DNA from: an uncultured virus (IMG/VR IMGVR_UViG_3300046002_006897)
Taxonomy: Duplodnaviria > Heunggongvirae > Uroviricota > Caudoviricetes
Length of the DNA: 64,000 bases
Direction: 5' to 3' (one strand)
Virus record (IMG/VR): IMGVR_UViG_3300046002_006897
This document shows, piece by piece, positions 18,635 through 27,276 of the stretch. The notes under the pieces were generated by a model, which was not told the origin of the DNA, searched no databases, and worked only from the letters and a program-made list of their open reading frames with translations. The translations under genes and the position numbers were made by a program. The first letter of the stretch is position 1; the number at the start of each line of letters is the position of its first letter.

Positions 18635-20197
18635 TTAACTTGGATCATATCCAAACTCATGAAGACTATCGCCTGTAGTAAATAAATGCATAGCCGAAAC
18701 AGTCTTTGTTAAGATTTTATAATCTCCCATAAGAGTATTTCTGCCGTGACTAATAGCGTATCTTTTATTTATTGTCACCCAATCACCGGGATTGATTTTT
18801 AAACCTTTCAATTTCTTCGATTTGAGCGCGTCCATCTCAGCAAACAATTTTTCAAGCAAAGCGTCTTTGTTATATTTTAACTCGGGATATAAATCGGAAT
18901 ATTTACTGCCTACTGGTAAAAATCCAAATTTCATGATGTACCCGGCAACGGTTGATATATCTTTAATTTTATTATCCGTGTCTTTGTTTAAGTTTGGTAC
19001 TGCCCTGTATATTCTAACTTGCTTGTTGGGGTTTCCTCTTGCACTTTGTATTATAGATACGGTCTCAGCATCACTGTATTCAGTTGATCGATCCCCATAA
19101 TATTGTTCGGCCTTCGATGAATAAACATCGTCTGGATAAATTTTTGTTAAATCGTGCAATGGTGCTCCGCCATCTTTATCTGGCGCACGGTGTTGACCTT
19201 TATAATCTTCTTGTTCAGACAATTTTAATTGGTCACGCTGGTCGTTTGATATAGCGTTTTTACTTTTTAGTTTATCAAAGAACAACTTCACTCTTGGGTC
19301 GGATGATAATAAACTATCGGATGCTGCCTCTTCCATCCAGTGTTCTAATAAAGTTGTCAAATCCTCGCGGTTGACGGCGTTGTTAATCAAAATATTTTTG
19401 TCTTTTATATCACCCTTAAATCTCATTGGAACATTTGATCCCACTTTTTTATATCCAATTTTTTCTAATTGATTGGATATTTTTTCCGGAACTGCAAAAA
19501 TAGCCGGTGTGGATGAGTGTAGCAAATCCAATAGCATATCTATACCAGTTTTACCAGTCTCGGGTGCAAAATGCGAAACGGCAAATGTATCACCGATGAA
19601 TTGACCAACGAGATAATCTTTGGAGTTATATGGATTATAAATAGTCCCATGTCCGCTTTGTAAATGTGAAATTAAATCGGTAGGATTTATACCTGCACGA
19701 ACCGCGTATTTTTCGTAGTTATCTTGAATAGTATGTGCTTCTTCTTCACCTGTAACATCTCTAAAATTTGAAGATAGCCGAGTATCGGATTGCGGCAACT
19801 TAGTTACTGTATATGCCTCAGATACCTTACTTGTATTTATTTTTTCCGATTTTATTATTTTTATTTGCCGTGGAGAAAATACAAAACAGTCAAATTGACC
19901 ATCAGCGTCTTTGAGGATTACTCCATCAAATCCATTACCTTTAATCTGACCAAGACCAAGCTTGTCGTATTCATCCCACCCAGCAGGATTATTAATGGTG
20001 ACTTCGGCAGTAATTAGGTAACCTTTACCTTGTGCACCCGCTTCGTTTGACAATATTTTGTTTTTATCAGACGTAAACCATATAATACCTTGAGTAGTTT
20101 TTTTCAAGTCAAACTTTTTAAATTTTGAACCTGTTCCATGATACACAGTCAATGGTTTCGACTGAATCTCGTTAAGTAAATCTTTTAATTTAATCAT
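18635..20197 (-). CDS. Multidomain protein with an ADP-ribosyltransferase-like (ART-PolyVal-like) domain
   Basis: VYHGT..F..FD, GIIWFTS and GFDGVI at the N-terminus; IYRAVP..INPGDWVT..YA..HG at the C-terminus. Confidence 0.65.
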   Translation of the reverse strand: MIKLKDLLNEIQSKPLTVYHGTGSKFKKFDLKKTTQGIIWFTSDKNKILSNEAGAQGKGYLITAEVTINNPAGWDEYDKLGLGQIKGNGFDGVILKDADGQFDCFVFSPRQIKIIKSEKINTSKVSEAYTVTKLPQSDTRLSSNFRDVTGEEEAHTIQDNYEKYAVRAGINPTDLISHLQSGHGTIYNPYNSKDYLVGQFIGDTFAVSHFAPETGKTGIDMLLDLLHSSTPAIFAVPEKISNQLEKIGYKKVGSNVPMRFKGDIKDKNILINNAVNREDLTTLLEHWMEEAASDSLLSSDPRVKLFFDKLKSKNAISNDQRDQLKLSEQEDYKGQHRAPDKDGGAPLHDLTKIYPDDVYSSKAEQYYGDRSTEYSDAETVSIIQSARGNPNKQVRIYRAVPNLNKDTDNKIKDISTVAGYIMKFGFLPVGSKYSDLYPELKYNKDALLEKLFAEMDALKSKKLKGLKINPGDWVTINKRYAISHGRNTLMGDYKILTKTVSAMHLFTTGDSLHEFGYDPS

Positions 20198-20203
20198 GAT
20201 ATA

Positions 20204-20749
20204 TTATTCTTCGTAAGTTATATCAAATTGTCGATTTTGGTCCACTACTTCATCGAGCTTGCCGGACAGTGTTGGTTGGAGACTTGCTGATAATTTCTTT
20301 TTTAGGCCATCTTTTAAAGCTAACAGATGTTTGCAAAGTCCCGGACGATTTTCCGGATTTAACATATCTGCTGGCATTCCATTAGATTTATTCAAACTAT
20401 TGAATCCTAATGGACTTGCTCCTTTTTTATTGTTAGCGTATGCCCAACGAAATTTATAATCTGGACATCCACAATCAACTTCGCACATGAGTCTATCTGG
20501 GCGAGTAACTTCTTTAGATTTTGGAAATGTAATTCTACCTTTCCAAGATTTACCCGTGGTGTTATTATCTGGCGCACTTCTAAAAGAGAAATTCCAGTAT
20601 CTTTCATCTCTGTTAGACAGAACGGGCAATGTTTGTACTTTCATATTCTTCGCTCGGTTCTTTCTGGACGGCGTGGACGAATTGAATAATTGGTAAAAAC
20701 TCATTCTCTCGGTCAATAGGCTGCGAGCAAGGTTTGCTAGTGAAATCAT
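20204..20749 (-). CDS. SWIM zinc-finger protein
   Basis: CGCPD...CKH. Confidence 0.75.
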   Translation of the reverse strand: MISLANLARSLLTERMSFYQLFNSSTPSRKNRAKNMKVQTLPVLSNRDERYWNFSFRSAPDNNTTGKSWKGRITFPKSKEVTRPDRLMCEVDCGCPDYKFRWAYANNKKGASPLGFNSLNKSNGMPADMLNPENRPGLCKHLLALKDGLKKKLSASLQPTLSGKLDEVVDQNRQFDITYEE

Positions 20750-20791
20750 ATGTATAAATATAGGTTAGATGTTATAAAATGTAAAGATAAC

Positions 20792-20867
20792 GGGGAAATA
20801 GCTCAATTGGTAGAGCACCGCATTTGCAATGCGAAGGTTGTGGGTTCGAGCCCCATTTTCTCCACCA
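20792..20867 (+). tRNA. tRNA-Ala(TGC)
   Basis: Loop TTTGCAA, CCA. Confidence 0.95.
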
Positions 20868-20895
20868 TTTATAGTAAACAGTATGCGTGCTTATT

Positions 20896-21213
20896 ATGCA
20901 AAACATATACTATAATCCAAAAGAATGCGGTTTAGAAATTGTCGATGTACTTGACGACCCTCAAGACTACGCGTTTAATACTCTATTGATAGTTCGGGCG
21001 ACCGACACCAATCGAGTGTATTACGCAGCAAGTGCGGGGTGTTCTTGTCCCGTCCCGTTCGAAGAATATCATTATGCTTCGGCTGATGATAACGATTTGA
21101 ACGAGGTGACATATGAGACGTTAGACAGCTTCATTAATGTAGTGAATAATTTTCCTGTTTCCATTGATGAAAGAAAAGATGCTATCCGCAAGGTTGAAGC
21201 ACTATTAAAGTAA
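20896..21213 (+). CDS. hypothetical phage protein
   Basis: YY.P..GL and GCSCP.PFE motifs. Confidence 0.7.
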   Translation: MQNIYYNPKECGLEIVDVLDDPQDYAFNTLLIVRATDTNRVYYAASAGCSCPVPFEEYHYASADDNDLNEVTYETLDSFINVVNNFPVSIDERKDAIRKVEALLK

Positions 21214-21244
21214 ACATCGGAGTCGAGGGAGAAATCCCTTTTTT

Positions 21245-21320
21245 GGTCTTATAGCTCAATCGGTAGAGCAGGAAGCTTTTAACTTCTTGGTTCGGGGTTC
21301 GAGTCCCCGTGGGACCACCA
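21245..21320 (+). tRNA. tRNA-Lys(TTT)
   Basis: Loop CTTTTAA, CCA. Confidence 0.95.
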
Positions 21321-21372
21321 TTTACATTAAATATAATAAGTAAATTTAAAATTGAAGTATATATTTATATTT

Positions 21373-21834
21373 ATGAAAAAATCCGAATTAAAATCTTTGA
21401 TAAAAGAAGTAATACAAGAAATCGAGCTTAACCCTGAATATAGTGTGAATTCAGACGAACAGGTAAGAATTGCAATAAGACGCAGTTATAAACCCTTCCC
21501 AAAAGCGAAATTTTCCTCCCCCAACGAGGAATTATTTCAAAAATATCTTCGAGCCGCACAAGCTTGGGCTGCTCAAAATTTAGCGGATTCGAAAAACGGT
21601 GCATTGTTATCAAAGCAAGGAAAATTACACACGAGAATAAGACCAGACGCTAAAGATAGTGACCTAGTTTTACGGTTTGACGACGGATATGAAAATTTTG
21701 ATGAGTTTCTATTAGACTACGACCAAAAACAAATAAGTCAGCATGAATATATATGGATTTCGCCGCGACATATTGCAAAATACGTAATGGGAGAAGTGGC
21801 GGACAGAATCGTAATTCCGGGAGAAACAAAATAA
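21373..21834 (+). CDS. hypothetical protein with MKKSELKSLIKEVIQE leader
   Basis: ORF preceded by TATATTTATA. Confidence 0.7.
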   Translation: MKKSELKSLIKEVIQEIELNPEYSVNSDEQVRIAIRRSYKPFPKAKFSSPNEELFQKYLRAAQAWAAQNLADSKNGALLSKQGKLHTRIRPDAKDSDLVLRFDDGYENFDEFLLDYDQKQISQHEYIWISPRHIAKYVMGEVADRIVIPGETK

Positions 21835-21845
21835 TAAAATTTTAT

Positions 21846-21921
21846 GCTGGGGTAGCATAGTGGCTAATGCAGCGCGTTTACATCGCGCCTATCGGGGGTT
21901 CGAGTCCCTTCTCCAGTACCA
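21846..21921 (+). tRNA. tRNA-Val(TAC)
   Basis: Loop TTTACAT, CCA. Confidence 0.95.
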
Positions 21922-22058
21922 ATTTCAATATAAAAAACCAGTATAGCCCAAAGATAATTCAGCGGTCTGGGGTGATGCATCACTTGTCTGTTTGGGATAT
22001 TGAAACTAATTTAATGTGATGAGCCCTAGTTTTTGTATTTGGTATATATTTATATTAC

Positions 22059-22448
22059 ATGATAAAATTGAAAGACTTGATCGGAACACCGTTTGCAGTG
22101 TTTGTTTTAGCCAAAGCAAATGGTGGATATGCTGCTACAACTCGTGCAGCTGATCGCAATGAGCAAGGAAGAATTGGATTGCCCGGTGGAAAAGTTGATA
22201 TTGGCGAATCGCCAGTTGAAGCAGTAACAAGAGAAGCTAAAGAAGAAGGATGGGAAGTAAAAGTAACAAACACAACACCCATACACACACAATTGGTTGA
22301 TGGAAAACTTGTGCATTGGTATGCTGGAGAATCTGCCATAAAATTGAATAATTTCAAAGAAAAGGGAAGAATAACTCCCATAGTTGCAACTCGTGAACAG
22401 ATTTTATCTTCTGGTTATGGAAATGAAAATCTGTACAATCATATATAA
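22059..22448 (+). CDS. NUDIX hydrolase
   Basis: PGGKVDIGESPVEAVTREAKEEG Nudix box. Confidence 0.9.
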   Translation: MIKLKDLIGTPFAVFVLAKANGGYAATTRAADRNEQGRIGLPGGKVDIGESPVEAVTREAKEEGWEVKVTNTTPIHTQLVDGKLVHWYAGESAIKLNNFKEKGRITPIVATREQILSSGYGNENLYNHI

Positions 22449-22449
22449 T

Positions 22450-22850
22450 TTAGCAGTTACGACGTTCTGAAACAAACGATCCAGCCTACTGTTCCGCTGT
22501 AACCCGAGCAGTTGCATTTTTGGTAAACGTGAAAAGAAATAGTAAAGAATAGAACACGAGTCATCGTACTTGTGTCACACTAGGCTATCCATCTAGCTCC
22601 TTAATAGGAATAAATTTACAACCATCTTCTTTCAGTATAACAAGTGCTCAAAACTTGTTCGTTCATATGTTTTCGTAAAAGCATATCAACAGAAGCAGTG
22701 GATTGGTTCAATCGTTAGTTCTTTTGCGTAAAAAGACAATATTTGTCACTCAATGCCTCTTAACAATGCACAATTTTAAGTGAGTTTTACGGCAGTTACA
22801 GGGGTAGCCCCTTGGGTGGGAGGCGCACACCAAATCACGCCTATTCTATT
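22450..22850 (+). ncRNA. Candidate large structured RNA
   Basis: ORF-free, with several long-range complementarities. Confidence 0.5.
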
Positions 22851-22892
22851 TTTATTGACATTGCATGATATTTATGTAGTGTTATAGTTTAT

Positions 22893-22968
22893 CGGAGTGT
22901 AGCGTAACTTGGTAGCGCACTCGCTTTGGGAGCGAGCGGTCCGGGTTCAAATCCCGGCACTCCGACCA
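22893..22968 (+). tRNA. tRNA-Pro(TGG)
   Basis: Loop TTTGGGA, CCA. Confidence 0.95.
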
Positions 22969-22974
22969 TTTTAT

Positions 22975-23050
22975 GGCGTTTATAGTGTAGTGGTTCGCAC
23001 GGAAGTTTGTGAAACTTTCAGGACGATTTCGAATATCGTTAGACGCCCCA
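22975..23050 (+). tRNA. tRNA-His(GTG)
   Basis: G-1:C73, loop TTGTGAA. Confidence 0.9.
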
Positions 23051-23178
23051 ATTTGTAAGTTTTATAAGATGTAGCCAATGCTTCCAAGCGAGGATCATGT
23101 GCTGTAAGTTCTTACCTGTCGCAATGGTGCAAAATAGAAACATCGAGCATTAGAGTTGGTAGCTTACAAAAATTTTAT

Positions 23179-23264
23179 AGAGTGGTCGCATAATGGTATT
23201 GCAGAAGTCTCCAAAACTTCCGTTTTAAAAAACATTGTCGGTTCGAGTCCGACCCACTCTGCCA
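23179..23264 (+). tRNA. tRNA-Trp(CCA) with long variable arm
   Basis: Loop CTCCAAA, 16-nt variable region, GCCA. Confidence 0.85.
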
Positions 23265-23272
23265 ATTTTTAC

Positions 23273-23348
23273 GCCAATGTAGTCTAAAGAATAGGCACCA
23301 GTTTCCTAAACTGTTTATATGTAGGTTTGAGTCCTATCATTGGCACCA
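23273..23348 (+). tRNA. tRNA-Arg(CCT)
   Basis: Loop TTCCTAA, CCA. Confidence 0.85.
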
Positions 23349-23356
23349 ATTTATAT

Positions 23357-23447
23357 AGAAAGGTAGCCAAGTGGTTTACGGCACTACATTGGAAGTGTAG
23401 CGGGTTCTAAACAAGCCCCGCGAGTTCGAATCTCGCCCTTTCTGCCA
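23357..23447 (+). tRNA. tRNA-Ser(GGA)
   Basis: Loop TTGGAAG, long variable arm, GCCA. Confidence 0.9.
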
Positions 23448-23492
23448 TTTATATGTTGACACAAGACAAAAAATATCCAAGATAGAAACCAC

Positions 23493-23831
23493 ATGATAAA
23501 TAAAACCAAAAAATTCGAAATTGAGGGAGTTGATTGGAAAATCCAAGTAGAATTGGACTCATTGGTATACACGGACACGGCAACGAGACTATTTGTGGCA
23601 GGCGCGATGGCGATTGAACATATGAGTACCGGGTCCACAGGATGTAATCTAGGTGCAATCGTTTTGGTGACTGAAAAAGACGGAAAGAATATTACGTTCG
23701 GAGTGAATTCGTACATTTGCTTAAATCGTGTGGGAGACTATGAGTCTGCAAAAATTTTAAGAAAAAATTACAGGGATATGTCAGGCCAAGATTTGTCAGA
23801 AGATTTAAAAGGATATCACAAATGCAAATAA
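23493..23831 (+). CDS. hypothetical protein
   Basis: ORF following a TTGACA promoter. Confidence 0.65.
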   Translation: MINKTKKFEIEGVDWKIQVELDSLVYTDTATRLFVAGAMAIEHMSTGSTGCNLGAIVLVTEKDGKNITFGVNSYICLNRVGDYESAKILRKNYRDMSGQDLSEDLKGYHKCK

Positions 23832-23874
23832 ATTCCGCTATTTTTACTTATTATATATATATTTATAACAATAT

Positions 23875-24759
23875 ATGAGTATATTACAATCTACGTTTGA
23901 TAAGCATAAGAAGTTGATGTTGGAGAGTGTTGTACAAGATAGATTGCGTGATGAGGCGGCGCTTGAACAAAAAAAACAGCAACTGCTTGCGAGTGGATTA
24001 AGAGTCGTTCCAATGCAAGGTGGGGAAGACAAAAAATACTTTGCATATACATCGGGGAGATACATTGTGTTGATTGATATGGGAAATATAAAACTTCCAT
24101 TTTATTGTTCTTCCGGAGAAGGAGGAAAAGCAAATGTTCCTTCTGGAAAATGGTATCCGATTTTTGGAATAAGCAAAGCGGGTTGGCTCAACAAGGGCAC
24201 AGAAGAACAAATTAACAATTATTATGGAAGCAGTGCTGCAAAATCTGTGGCCAAGAAGTTAGACGAGGTATTGGGAGATATGCGAGAAATGTTTTCGATG
24301 AAACATTTCGTGGGTGTAGACAAGGTATTGCCTATTATAAATCAAGATTTGAATCCACCCGACCAACGCCCCACCCCAGAAAGATCAAAAGAATATATGG
24401 AAATATATAGAGCGAATGTTAGAAACGTTTTGCAGAAAATAGGAGGGAACGCGGGACCAGTTCCAATAAAAAATAAGTTAACATTAACACACAACGGTAA
24501 AAATGTTGTGGAAGCAAATATTTCAGCAAACATTGGCCGAGCAATCGTCCAAAAACACGGCGACGACGCCAAATATTTTAGTAGTGAACAATTTCAAATT
24601 CAAAAACAAAAAGATGATACGTGGAAATTGATTCATAACAAAGCTGCCACGAATATAACAACCATTGATGGTAAAGAAGTAACCGAGCCAACAACACTTG
24701 TCAAAGGAATGAAGATTGCGCTAGGAAAAACTGGCAAATTTCCAATGGAAGTTGGCTAA
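23875..24759 (+). CDS. Protein with C-terminal FHA-like domain
   Basis: IGR..S..QF.I...TN.T.IDG...L..G..I.LG. Confidence 0.65.
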   Translation: MSILQSTFDKHKKLMLESVVQDRLRDEAALEQKKQQLLASGLRVVPMQGGEDKKYFAYTSGRYIVLIDMGNIKLPFYCSSGEGGKANVPSGKWYPIFGISKAGWLNKGTEEQINNYYGSSAAKSVAKKLDEVLGDMREMFSMKHFVGVDKVLPIINQDLNPPDQRPTPERSKEYMEIYRANVRNVLQKIGGNAGPVPIKNKLTLTHNGKNVVEANISANIGRAIVQKHGDDAKYFSSEQFQIQKQKDDTWKLIHNKAATNITTIDGKEVTEPTTLVKGMKIALGKTGKFPMEVG

Positions 24760-24978
24760 TATAATTTTCTATAGTGACAAAAAGGGCGGCAGACTCTGAA
24801 TCTGTTGTTTGAAGCGTTGGGGTTGCTCCCAACTCAGTAAACGGCACTGAGGGTGGTTTAACCTAACCACGAAAGATGCTAAAGTGAGATAGCTGTGGGA
24901 CAGCTTGACTATAGAAAAATTTTTGATATAAATAGTAGTGGTTCATCGCTTTTGTCTTGATTCAATATATTTATTGAT

Positions 24979-25737
24979 ATGGAACAAAAAATTTGTGAAC
25001 TTGGGTGTGGTAAAATTGCTATTCATCAACTGAAAAGTGGGAAGTGGATTTGTGATACATCCGCAAACAAATGTGAAGTTATGCGAAAGAAAAATTCTGA
25101 CGCTACCCTTGGAATAGAAAAGCCTTGGATGAGAGGAGAAAACCACCCCAGACCGATGTTAGGAAAAAAATCTTGGAACTCAGGATTAACAAAGGAGACG
25201 AGTCCAATAGTTATGGCTCAGTCAAATAAAATGAAGGGGACAGTTTCAAAGTTTGGTGGCCGAGCATCAACCGCCGAAAAAGAAAAATTAAGAAAAGAGA
25301 ATATTTCTAAATCTATGAAAGGTGTTGGTGGGGGATTTAGAATGAAAAGTGGTAGAGGTAAAAAAGGTTGGTATAAAGGATATTTTTGTAGTAGTTCGTG
25401 GGAATTGGCGTGGGTCATTTACTCATTAGAGCATGGAGTAAAATTTGAGAGAAACAAAATTGGATTTCCATATGAATTTAATGGAAAACGGAAAAAATAT
25501 TATCCCGATTTTATTGTTGATAAAAATTATGTGGAGATAAAGGGATACGATTCTCCACAGTGGGAAGAGAAGAAAAAGCAGTTCAACAATAATTTGATTG
25601 TTCTTGGGAAAAATGAGATAAAACCATACATAGAATACACAGAAACAAAGTATGGAAAAGATTTTGTTAGGTTATATGAAGATGGAAAGGTGGCAGAGCG
25701 GTCTATTGCGGAAATCTTGAAAATTTCTAATCCTTAA
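24979..25737 (+). CDS. Putative homing endonuclease (NUMOD-like repeats plus PD-(D/E)xK/TnsA-like domain)
   Basis: WNSGLTKET, S.WE, YYPDF..YVEIKG. Confidence 0.75.
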   Translation: MEQKICELGCGKIAIHQLKSGKWICDTSANKCEVMRKKNSDATLGIEKPWMRGENHPRPMLGKKSWNSGLTKETSPIVMAQSNKMKGTVSKFGGRASTAEKEKLRKENISKSMKGVGGGFRMKSGRGKKGWYKGYFCSSSWELAWVIYSLEHGVKFERNKIGFPYEFNGKRKKYYPDFIVDKNYVEIKGYDSPQWEEKKKQFNNNLIVLGKNEIKPYIEYTETKYGKDFVRLYEDGKVAERSIAEILKISNP

Positions 25738-25773
25738 ACGGGTTCGTGGGTTCGATTCCCACCCTTTCCTCCA
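25684..25773 (+). tRNA. tRNA-Ser(TGA)
   Basis: Loop CTTGAAA, long variable arm, CCA. Confidence 0.9.
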
Positions 25774-25839
25774 TTTTATGGCGTCCACTTGAGGATGAAC
25801 CATAGAGTGCGGGTAGATGAATCGCACACGCCAATTTTC

Positions 25840-25915
25840 GCCGCCGAAGTTCATATGGGTGAACGTCTGTTTCGTAAATAGAATGTAGCTGGTTCGATTC
25901 CAGCCGGTGGCTCCA
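25840..25915 (+). tRNA. tRNA-Thr(CGT)
   Basis: Loop TTCGTAA, CCA. Confidence 0.9.
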
Positions 25916-25958
25916 TTTTACATAATATAGTTCATTGTATATTATATTTATTGGTAGT

Positions 25959-26630
25959 ATGAAAACCAATATTATAATAAACGGTCAGACATTCAACAAG
26001 TCTGATACATTCAATCCAAACACAGAAAATTTACAAACAGATGGATTGTCAGTTCTGTGTTTCAGTCAAAATGATAATTGTAAAGTAAACGACTGTATCA
26101 TAGATGGCGAAGATGCTCGTTGGGGAGGCAAAGCCTCATTGACATTCGATCTTGAATATACCAAATGTACTTTTAAAAATGGTACTGCGCGTGCCTTTGA
26201 CATGGTTCGTGGCGGCAATGTTACATTTACAGATTGTATATTTGAGAACAATGTCAGAAACAAAGTTAAATCTCAATATAGTTTAACAGAGTTGTGTGAT
26301 CTTGGAATCAAAGGTGGTGTGCATGATGTAACATTTCATAGTTGCGTGTTTAATGACATTTTGATTGGCGATTATAGTATTTACGATCAACGAGATAGAC
26401 CAAAAGCTCGTCGCTTTACTTTTATCAATTGTAAGAATATAGATGGCGGTCCAATCATTATTCGTGGCAGATATGTAGATAAAGATTCTATCAGTTTGAT
26501 TGGTACAAATGCAAAAATGTGGGTTTGGCCAACAATTTTTACTAAACTATATTGGATGTATAATCGCAAGTTTGGCGATACTCGCAAGCCAGATGGCTGG
26601 AATGTATATGATCCCAGAGAACTGATCTGA
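25959..26630 (+). CDS. hypothetical protein, beta-helix-like repeats
   Basis: Repeated V.F..C.F motifs. Confidence 0.6.
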   Translation: MKTNIIINGQTFNKSDTFNPNTENLQTDGLSVLCFSQNDNCKVNDCIIDGEDARWGGKASLTFDLEYTKCTFKNGTARAFDMVRGGNVTFTDCIFENNVRNKVKSQYSLTELCDLGIKGGVHDVTFHSCVFNDILIGDYSIYDQRDRPKARRFTFINCKNIDGGPIIIRGRYVDKDSISLIGTNAKMWVWPTIFTKLYWMYNRKFGDTRKPDGWNVYDPRELI

Positions 26631-27062
26631 TCAAGCGTCTTTGGAAAGTTCTCCGCGAGCAATCAAAATCTTTTTATTGGTTTGGTGAGCTTCTTGAACC
26701 AACTCTTTATTTTCACCAAGATAAGCCACGGCATAGTTGTTTTCAATTAGCCACTTATTTATATTTGTTCCATCGTCTAATATAAACTCTCCAAGAATAC
26801 GACCAAACTTGTCGTCGTTGTTATCATCCTTGGTGGTGTTTATTTTTTGATAGCTACCAATCGGTAGTTTTTCTGTTAATTTTTTCTTGGAAAGCATACC
26901 ACGAGTTTTTTCCTCTTTGTTGTTTGTTCTTGACTCTGGCGTATCTACGCCGGATAGCCTCACACGTTGATTGGATAATATTATATTAAATCCAAGGTCC
27001 AAGTCTATCTCAACGGTGTCGCCGTCGACGATTTTGTTTATTTTGCATTTATATTGATACAT
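26631..27062 (-). CDS. Thermonuclease (SNase) family nuclease
   Basis: VDGDT, RVRLSGVDTPE, DKFGRILG. Confidence 0.9.
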   Translation of the reverse strand: MYQYKCKINKIVDGDTVEIDLDLGFNIILSNQRVRLSGVDTPESRTNNKEEKTRGMLSKKKLTEKLPIGSYQKINTTKDDNNDDKFGRILGEFILDDGTNINKWLIENNYAVAYLGENKELVQEAHQTNKKILIARGELSKDA

Positions 27063-27086
27063 AGAGTATAATATATATCAATTCGC

Positions 27087-27160
27087 TGGGAAATGATGTA
27101 GTGGTAGCATATTTGTCTCTGAAACAAATCGCGTTGGTTCGATTCCAACTCTCCCATCCA
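27087..27160 (+). tRNA. tRNA-Gln(CTG)
   Basis: Loop CTCTGAA, CCA. Confidence 0.9.
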
Positions 27161-27276
27161 ATTATTATATCTTATAAAAGCTTATTATAAAAATTTTTGT
27201 CTTGTAAAAGTCATATATATCTGTTCTAATTGAACATATATCGTCCTTGAAAGAGGATGTAATTTGAAAAATAACT

